From assembly GCA_026415235.1 (NCBI GenBank), contig JAOAHM010000028.1:23928-87927 (forward strand): a DNA stretch of 64,000 nucleotides, written 5' to 3'. Below are positions 57,672 through 64,000 of this stretch, piece by piece. The stretch comes from Ignavibacteria bacterium (GTDB lineage Bacteria; Bacteroidota; Ignavibacteria; Ch128b). The position numbers and the translations under genes were made by a program. Position 1 is the first letter of the stretch, and each line of letters starts with the position of its first letter. The notes below the pieces were generated by a model, which saw only the letters and a list, made by a program, of their open reading frames with translations, made no database searches and was not told the DNA's origin.

Positions 57672-60600
57672 CTATTTAATAATAACTAATTTTTTAACCT
57701 GATTAAAATTACCCGACCTCAACTGATAATAATAAACACCTGAAGACAGATTATCTGCATCAAATTCATATTCGTAATATCCCGGATCTAAAAAACCATC
57801 CACAAATACACCTATTTCTTTACCAATTACGTCAAAAAGCTTAATAGTTACCTTCGCAGCTTTGGGTATCGAATACTTGATTTTTGTTCTAGAATTAAAT
57901 GGATTCGGGTAGTTTTGTTCTAACACAAATTCCGATGGTAGTGCAATTTCTTTATATGATTTTTCTGCTTTTAAAAACACTCTATCAGTGGATTCGTTTA
58001 TGTATGCTTTTCCCGAAATATCTAATTTATATTCGAAATTTTCCGATCCTTTATCTATTACCAGTACCCAACTAAAGTCATTTGATTTTACATTATTCCA
58101 GCTTACAGAAATGGGAAATTTTTCAGATTGTATCTTCAACTCAACCATTTTCTTTTTAAGTCCGTCAATAGATTCGAGTATTCTATTGGAAGAAAATCGG
58201 ACATCAAAAATATTTGAAGGTGGTAACGGTGGCATTTCAAATAAATCTAAATTATCAATTTGAGATTTTGTAAAGTAAATTTTTTGACTTCTTTCAGAAT
58301 TTGAAAAATTCAAGATGCCAATTTCAAACTCATTAAATTTTGTGATTTTATTAAAACTATTTTTTCTATAAGCATTCAAGACCACTTTACTACTATCTTG
58401 CACTTTGAGCCAATAACCTCTCCCTGGTTTTAGTGTATCTTCAATTATATAACCACTTTCATAGCCATAAATCAAGGACGTTAAATTACCACCAGGTAGA
58501 ATTTCAATATTTTCAGTCATTACATTCTCACCTATTGTCCCTACAAGATTCCAACCTGGATTAAGTGTTAAGGTATCAATCAATATCGGAAATCCCGAGA
58601 AGAGATACTCTCTTGGAAATCCAAATTTTAACCAATAACCATTACCTGGAGAGAGTGTATCGACTATAATATATTCGTTTGAATTGAAACCATAAACAGC
58701 AGAACTTGATCCCGGAAAAATAAAATATTTTGAATAATTCTCCATAATTGTAGGTATGGAAACAAGATTCCAACCCTCATTAACTTTAATTTTTGTTGTT
58801 GGAATAAACTTATGCACTATTAGTAATGGGTTAGATTCGTATCCGATTATCACGATAGAATCGTTATCTTTCAAATTTAATAAAATGGATGCACCATTCG
58901 TTAAAGAATCTTTTAAAACAAAGGATCCTGCAGAAAATTTATTTTTATCCCACTTTATTATAAGCGTATCATAACCATCTTCTAATTGATATCTCAACTT
59001 ATAAATATTGCTCAAATTTTCAATAGAAATAGTATCTCTAATATCTATTTTTGTTCCATTAGTATTTTCAATCATCCATCTAACATCAAAAGTACCCAAG
59101 GGAGGGACAACATCTAACTCTGTTTCATTGAATAATGAATCCAATGTATCTGTTGCACCATATTCGGCACCAAATATTAAAGTATCTTTATTCGAACCAT
59201 TAATTACAACAAGATCAGATCTAAACCTGTAATTATAATTATTTATTCCAGTACCAGAAAGAGGGATCAAGATTGGATTTGGAAACGCATCACTTGAGTG
59301 GTAAACAATTAAAGTATCTTCCAATCGTCCTAATGAATTTGGTCTAAAAGATAATGGAATTATCTTTTGAGCACCAATTGGTATGGAAAAAATTTTACTC
59401 CCGTTAATTTTATAATCAGTACCAAATTTCAATTTTAAATTTCCTCTTAGGGAATCATTAGAAGTGCTTAAATTTTCGAGTATTAGTTGAGATTCCGATT
59501 TTTCAAATATTTGTACATCACCGAAGTTTATAACTTGTGGGTTAAAGGCCATATCAGAGAATTTTGCTGAGTCAACGCGCGAATAAATCAACCTAATGTT
59601 ATCAATGAATATACCATCTGCTCTTGCATAACTATCGCTCCTCAAGCGAAATCTAAATTTAAATTGAGAGGAAGCAAATTTTGTTAAATCCATTTCTTCT
59701 TCAATCCAAGAATTCTGTTTACCATCATAACCATAAGTACCAACCGTTTGCACTCCATATCCAGATCCAGCTTTGGTGTATTTACCTTTGACGGATGTCC
59801 AACTTATGCCACCATTGCTTGATACTTCCACAGTAGCAAAATCATATCTTGGTTCTATATCCCACATTGCAGAGAATTTCAGTTTAATCGAAGTTGCAAA
59901 CGATAAATTTAAATTATTTAATAATGTCAACTTGCTATCAGTATTATCATTATATGTACCTAAAGGGCTATCTGTAAAACTATATGGTGGTGATTGAGCG
60001 ATTGTTGTAATTCCCCATCCATTTGATGACCAGTTCTGCATAGTTGTATCACTTGCACTGTCAGAAAAAGCAAGAGATTGTTTACCAATTACTATTTGCA
60101 ACGTATCTAAAATTTGTAATCCATCGCCGTTTTTCGTATTAAGAAATACATCAGCAATAACACCAGTAGTTGCTCTTTTGTTAACCCGGCACTCGATATT
60201 TACATTTTTATCTGATAAAGGCGCAAAATCACCAACTTGAATTTCATCAGAAGAAAATATTAAATCTTGATTATTTGAATTAAGACTAATTGAAACATTC
60301 TTGGCTGAGTCCAAACCTTTATTTCTTAAAGTTAAATTTAAAACAAATTTTTCTCCTCTGTCAAGAAAATTATCACCAGTGCTATCGTAAATATTTGCTA
60401 ATTGAAATTTTGGGAAAGCCCCAACAGCTGCAGTGATAAAGATATTAGGATACAGGTTTTCTAAAGCTAACGGAAGAATTCTTGAACTTGGTGGCCAGAA
60501 ACCATCGCTAACTGAACCTACCTCTGGAGTCATTGCAAATATTTTTCCGTTATTTGGAATATCCCCATCGTACATATAATCATCGCTATTGCCTCTGGTG

Positions 60601-61658
60601 GAATAAAAAACCGTTTGTTGGTCAGTTCCATAAATGTATCCATTGAACTTCGTCATATCTTTTGCGTAATCACGATAAACCAAAGAATCAGGTGTTTCTC
60701 TCATTAATGCACCATATGGATATATCAGCAAATTACTATATGTGTGATAATTAAGACAAGCCCTAATATTTTTACCTGCGAGAAAATTTTTAATTGTTTG
60801 AGTTTCAGGTTCTGAAAAAGGAGCGGTTCCACGATATGTATTCGATGAAGGTGTTGTACTTGAGCCTCCGCTTGGTCCATCCCAATATGCATAAGGTCCG
60901 AAATTTCTATTTAAATCAACACCATAAGAACCATCTACATTATACCTTCTATTCTTGCGCCACATCCCACCGCCATAAGGATTTGTGGTTTGGTTATATA
61001 CATATCCATCAGGGTTAACGACTGGTATGAAATAAATTTGTCTGTTATTTACCAAATAAGTTGCTAAAGGATCAGTACCATAATTTTGTAGTAACCACCA
61101 CATATAATAAATTATTGTCATCATTCCACCTGGTTCACGTGCATGTGTAAGTGCTGTGAATAGGACTGCTGGTTCATTTACCTCATTCAAATTAGGATTG
61201 TCTGAAATCTTCACAGCAAATATATTACGCCCTTCAATTGTTGAGCCAACAACTAACTTCGTAGTAATTAAATCCGGATACAGAATTTTCATAGAATCAA
61301 GCTGTTGGATTACTTCTGTGTATGTATAATATCCTCCCATACTTCCATAACCAAATCCTAATGCATTAAAAGCTCCTTTATACAGGCGGTCTTCTAAAAA
61401 TTTTGAATAATCTTCAATGATCGTGATTGTTGTGAATCCTAATCTCTTTAGTAAATCCAGTTCTTTTTCACTAACAATTAATTCAAACCAGTCACCAATT
61501 TTACCTGTCATCCCTTCGAGATCAACACCGGAACTTGTTAAAGATTGAAATGTTAACTGGTCTGGAACAAAAACTTTAATTTGTTTATAAATTTCCTGAG
61601 CAGGGCTAGTGAAGGTAAATATTGAGGTAAGAAATAAAAAGAGAAAAAATTTTTTCAT
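57672..61658 (-). CDS. large secreted M14-family zinc carboxypeptidase with multiple beta-sandwich modules and T9SS tail
   Basis: ORF begins at TTG 61664, with ATG at 61658 (MKKFFLFLFL). M14 motifs THAREPGG, NPDGY, GVDLNRNF, YHTYSN. Tail LEQNYPNPFNSRTKIKYSIP...YYYQL. Confidence 0.85.
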   Translation of the reverse strand: MKKFFLFLFLTSIFTFTSPAQEIYKQIKVFVPDQLTFQSLTSSGVDLEGMTGKIGDWFELIVSEKELDLLKRLGFTTITIIEDYSKFLEDRLYKGAFNALGFGYGSMGGYYTYTEVIQQLDSMKILYPDLITTKLVVGSTIEGRNIFAVKISDNPNLNEVNEPAVLFTALTHAREPGGMMTIIYYMWWLLQNYGTDPLATYLVNNRQIYFIPVVNPDGYVYNQTTNPYGGGMWRKNRRYNVDGSYGVDLNRNFGPYAYWDGPSGGSSTTPSSNTYRGTAPFSEPETQTIKNFLAGKNIRACLNYHTYSNLLIYPYGALMRETPDSLVYRDYAKDMTKFNGYIYGTDQQTVFYSTRGNSDDYMYDGDIPNNGKIFAMTPEVGSVSDGFWPPSSRILPLALENLYPNIFITAAVGAFPKFQLANIYDSTGDNFLDRGEKFVLNLTLRNKGLDSAKNVSISLNSNNQDLIFSSDEIQVGDFAPLSDKNVNIECRVNKRATTGVIADVFLNTKNGDGLQILDTLQIVIGKQSLAFSDSASDTTMQNWSSNGWGITTIAQSPPYSFTDSPLGTYNDNTDSKLTLLNNLNLSFATSIKLKFSAMWDIEPRYDFATVEVSSNGGISWTSVKGKYTKAGSGYGVQTVGTYGYDGKQNSWIEEEMDLTKFASSQFKFRFRLRSDSYARADGIFIDNIRLIYSRVDSAKFSDMAFNPQVINFGDVQIFEKSESQLILENLSTSNDSLRGNLKLKFGTDYKINGSKIFSIPIGAQKIIPLSFRPNSLGRLEDTLIVYHSSDAFPNPILIPLSGTGINNYNYRFRSDLVVINGSNKDTLIFGAEYGATDTLDSLFNETELDVVPPLGTFDVRWMIENTNGTKIDIRDTISIENLSNIYKLRYQLEDGYDTLIIKWDKNKFSAGSFVLKDSLTNGASILLNLKDNDSIVIIGYESNPLLIVHKFIPTTKIKVNEGWNLVSIPTIMENYSKYFIFPGSSSAVYGFNSNEYIIVDTLSPGNGYWLKFGFPREYLFSGFPILIDTLTLNPGWNLVGTIGENVMTENIEILPGGNLTSLIYGYESGYIIEDTLKPGRGYWLKVQDSSKVVLNAYRKNSFNKITKFNEFEIGILNFSNSERSQKIYFTKSQIDNLDLFEMPPLPPSNIFDVRFSSNRILESIDGLKKKMVELKIQSEKFPISVSWNNVKSNDFSWVLVIDKGSENFEYKLDISGKAYINESTDRVFLKAEKSYKEIALPSEFVLEQNYPNPFNSRTKIKYSIPKAAKVTIKLFDVIGKEIGVFVDGFLDPGYYEYEFDADNLSSGVYYYQLRSGNFNQVKKLVIIK

Positions 61659-61700
61659 AATCAAATATTGAATCTATATAAATAGGAAAAATAAGAACTA

Positions 61701-64000
61701 TTACTTGATTAACAACATTCTTTTTGTTTTTTGAATAGAATTATTAACTATTAGTTTGTAAAAATAGATCCCGCTTGCTAATCCTGTAGCATCAAATGTA
61801 ACTGAATTTATACCAGCTTCCATTTCTTCATTGTCAATTAGCTTAGTTATTTCCTGACCCAAAGAATTATATATAATGAGTGTAACTATTGATGGCTCCG
61901 GAAGTTGAAACTCAATTGTTGTATATGGATTGAATGGATTAGGATAGTTTTGTAATAATTGAAACGAGTTTGGACTTTCATTAATTTTATATGTTGAAGT
62001 TAGAATTGGAGAGATAGGATTTGAATTATCAAGTCGTAAATAAGGAACACTATACACACTTCTTACATTTTTCAACTTAAGTGGATTTATTGTAATCGTA
62101 TCAATTGGTCCTGAAAAAGCATTATTTATTCTTGTTAACACCGAATCGAGTAATACATAATTAAAGTTTGGATACGATCTCCATTTCGTAAGGGCACTAT
62201 CAGCCATTGCAACCAATTTTCTAATAGATTTACCATTAAACCCATTTCCTTTTGAAGTATCATAGTAAATGATTTCACCTAATCCACTTTGAATAAGACC
62301 ATTATCACTTGCAGCTAGGTTTAGTTTTAGAGTTAATAATTCACCAGCGAGATGGTTATCATAAATTCTGGGTGTTGGGTTTCTTAATTCTTTGATAAAA
62401 TATTTTGTTCCTCTCATATCGAACGGACGTGGTGGGCCGGATTGTACAAGGAAACGGCGCACATTTAAGCTTCGTTGCAGTTTTATCCAACCATAAACAT
62501 TTGCACTTTCTGGTTTAGCTATTCCAAGAATTATACCTTCGTTAAATAAACCTCGTTTAAATAGTGTATCCCGAACATTTCCACCATTTGGTTGTGGTGC
62601 TGGAACACCAGCTGGTACTTTTATTCTGTTTGCTTTCAATGTAAAATCACTCTGGGTGAAAGTTCTAAAACATCCACCTGCAATCTTTCCATTTACACCA
62701 ATTCTTTGTGCATATATATCAGAGTAGTTATTTCCTGCCCTATAATCAATCCAAGAAATTATAGCTCCACCATCTTCATCCATAATGAGTTTAGGTTCGA
62801 TTTGGTCGTATGGGGCTATTTGAGCAGCAACACCATTGCTTGTCCATTGAGCAATCCCATTAGCATTATATCGTTGAACATAAATATCAAAATCAGTTCC
62901 ATTACGCTTGTCTTGCCACCCAACTATTAAATTGCCATTAGCATCAGACGTAATCTGAGGATAATATTGATGTCCTTGTGCATTACAAACTTGAATGCCA
63001 TCTGTTTGCCATAATAATTCACCAAACAAGGAGACATTTTGTAAATATATGTTATAATCTATGCCGTTTCGATTATCTTGCCAAACTACATAAACGCCGC
63101 CATTTCCATTTGATGCGAGTTTAGGATAGGATTTGAAACCAGCACCTGTAGCAATCGGACTTCCATTTGGTTGCCAAAGAATTGATCCAGTTGGACTTAT
63201 CCTTTGTCCATACAATTCATCATTTGTTAAATTTCTACGATCTTGCCAAACAACAATTGCTCCTTTATAGCCATCAGCAATTAGTTGTAAATTATATTGG
63301 TTGTTATTAGCAGTTGTTACAGGAATCCCGTTAGCTTGCCAAAGGATTGAACCTGTTTGAGAAATTCTTTGTGCATAAATATCTATGTATCCACTTCCGG
63401 CTCTGTAGTCATGCCATGCAACGATCGCACCCCCACTACCGTCTGTTACCACCTCAGGGTTAAATTGGTCATATGGTGCAGAACAGATTAAAATACCGTT
63501 AGCAGTCCATTGTGCTTGACCGTTAGCATTTATTCTTTGTGCATATATGTTATTATCAGTTCCGTTCCTCCTATCTTGCCAAACAATAATCGCACCGCCT
63601 TGATTATCATAAACAATTCTTGGATTTTGCTGATTACCTGTTGCGTTACAAATCGCAACTCCTCCAACAGTCCATTGCGGTGTACCTGACTTATCAAATT
63701 TTTGAGCATAAATATCGTAATCGGTCCCTTTTCGGTTATCATGCCAAACAACTATAACTCCACCATTTGTTACAATAGCTCGTGCACTCGATTGGTTACC
63801 ACTTGTATTTGCGACTTGAACACCACCAACTTGCCAATCAGTTACACCAATCTTGTGTAAGCATTGTAAATAAACTTGTTCATATGATACAGAGCGTTTA
63901 TCTTGCCATAAAAATAAAATATTTCCATCAGTGTCGAGTACAATGTTATGGTTCCATTGATTATTTTGTTCAGCAACAACTGGAACAGCTTCATTTGAGT
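61701..64000 (-). CDS. secreted tandem-repeat (propeller-like) protein with T9SS tail; 5' end lies outside the window
   Basis: The 'M' the ORF track places at 63452 is an internal GTG. I translated the same frame by hand to position 64000 and found no stop. There are 8 units of GGAI.VWQD.R.G...DIYAQRI...G...W. Tail LLQNYPNPFNPYTTIEFQLP. Confidence 0.8.
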   Translation of the reverse strand, partial: SNEAVPVVAEQNNQWNHNIVLDTDGNILFLWQDKRSVSYEQVYLQCLHKIGVTDWQVGGVQVANTSGNQSSARAIVTNGGVIVVWHDNRKGTDYDIYAQKFDKSGTPQWTVGGVAICNATGNQQNPRIVYDNQGGAIIVWQDRRNGTDNNIYAQRINANGQAQWTANGILICSAPYDQFNPEVVTDGSGGAIVAWHDYRAGSGYIDIYAQRISQTGSILWQANGIPVTTANNNQYNLQLIADGYKGAIVVWQDRRNLTNDELYGQRISPTGSILWQPNGSPIATGAGFKSYPKLASNGNGGVYVVWQDNRNGIDYNIYLQNVSLFGELLWQTDGIQVCNAQGHQYYPQITSDANGNLIVGWQDKRNGTDFDIYVQRYNANGIAQWTSNGVAAQIAPYDQIEPKLIMDEDGGAIISWIDYRAGNNYSDIYAQRIGVNGKIAGGCFRTFTQSDFTLKANRIKVPAGVPAPQPNGGNVRDTLFKRGLFNEGIILGIAKPESANVYGWIKLQRSLNVRRFLVQSGPPRPFDMRGTKYFIKELRNPTPRIYDNHLAGELLTLKLNLAASDNGLIQSGLGEIIYYDTSKGNGFNGKSIRKLVAMADSALTKWRSYPNFNYVLLDSVLTRINNAFSGPIDTITINPLKLKNVRSVYSVPYLRLDNSNPISPILTSTYKINESPNSFQLLQNYPNPFNPYTTIEFQLPEPSIVTLIIYNSLGQEITKLIDNEEMEAGINSVTFDATGLASGIYFYKLIVNNSIQKTKRMLLIK
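62670..64000 (-). repeat. in-frame tandem coding repeats, about 168 bp (~56 aa), at least 8 copies
   Basis: Anchors, N to C: ILFLWQDKR, VIVVWHDNR, AIIVWQDRR, AIVAWHDYR, AIVVWQDRR, VYVVWQDNR, LIVGWQDKR, AIISWIDYR. Six are followed by D/N-I-Y-(A/V/L)-Q; the first has QVYLQ and the fifth ELYGQ. Confidence 0.75.

Noticed and set aside
63530-63751. ORF 63530..63751 (-) and the apparent gene start at 63452
   Set aside because: ORF 63530..63751 is in a different frame from the repeat protein. The repeat-protein frame stays open through this region to the window edge and encodes further WQD.R...DIYAQ units. So 63452 is an internal GTG and the 73-aa ORF is spurious.
1-64000. CRISPR arrays, transposons/IS elements, prophage or known defence systems
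   Set aside because: I found no regularly spaced direct repeats, no transposase-, integrase-, cas-, restriction- or toxin-like ORFs, and no terminal inverted repeats. The window reads as core chromosome.

Overview
AT-rich, densely coding chromosomal window. It most likely comes from an FCB-group bacterium of Ignavibacteria-like type. Support for that call: several secreted proteins end in T9SS sorting tails with the (Q)NYPNPFN motif, and a Bacteroidetes-style TTTG-N21-TAnnTTTG promoter motif is present. I can support about 57 protein genes, one tRNA-Arg(CCU), one cobalamin riboswitch with its terminator, three other hairpin terminators and one decayed pseudogene. I saw no CRISPR array, transposase, integrase, phage genes or recognisable defence genes, so the window reads as core chromosome rather than an island. 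Housekeeping genes include pta, ackA, pfkA, fbp, prfA, ruvB and mscL. The strongest theme is vitamin B12. (1) A B12 riboswitch controls a TonB-dependent receptor plus a beta-propeller surface lipoprotein. (2) Methionine synthase is split exactly at the pterin/cap linker into two genes on opposite strands 13.5 kb apart, a geometry that fits a ~15.4 kb inversion. (3) A second, minimal pair (Hcy-methyltransferase plus corrinoid protein) lacks any methyl-donor module. Other items worth a second look: a T9SS cargo protein made of at least 8 tandem ~56-aa W-x-D-x-R...DIYAQR repeats that runs off the window edge; a DUF4159 gene followed by a 1129-aa coiled-coil membrane protein; an ECF sigma/anti-sigma pair overlapping tail-to-tail with an ABC-2/LolA-like cluster; a two-PspC-domain protein next to an orphan MlaE permease. 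All family assignments come from motif recognition by eye. No database search was run.
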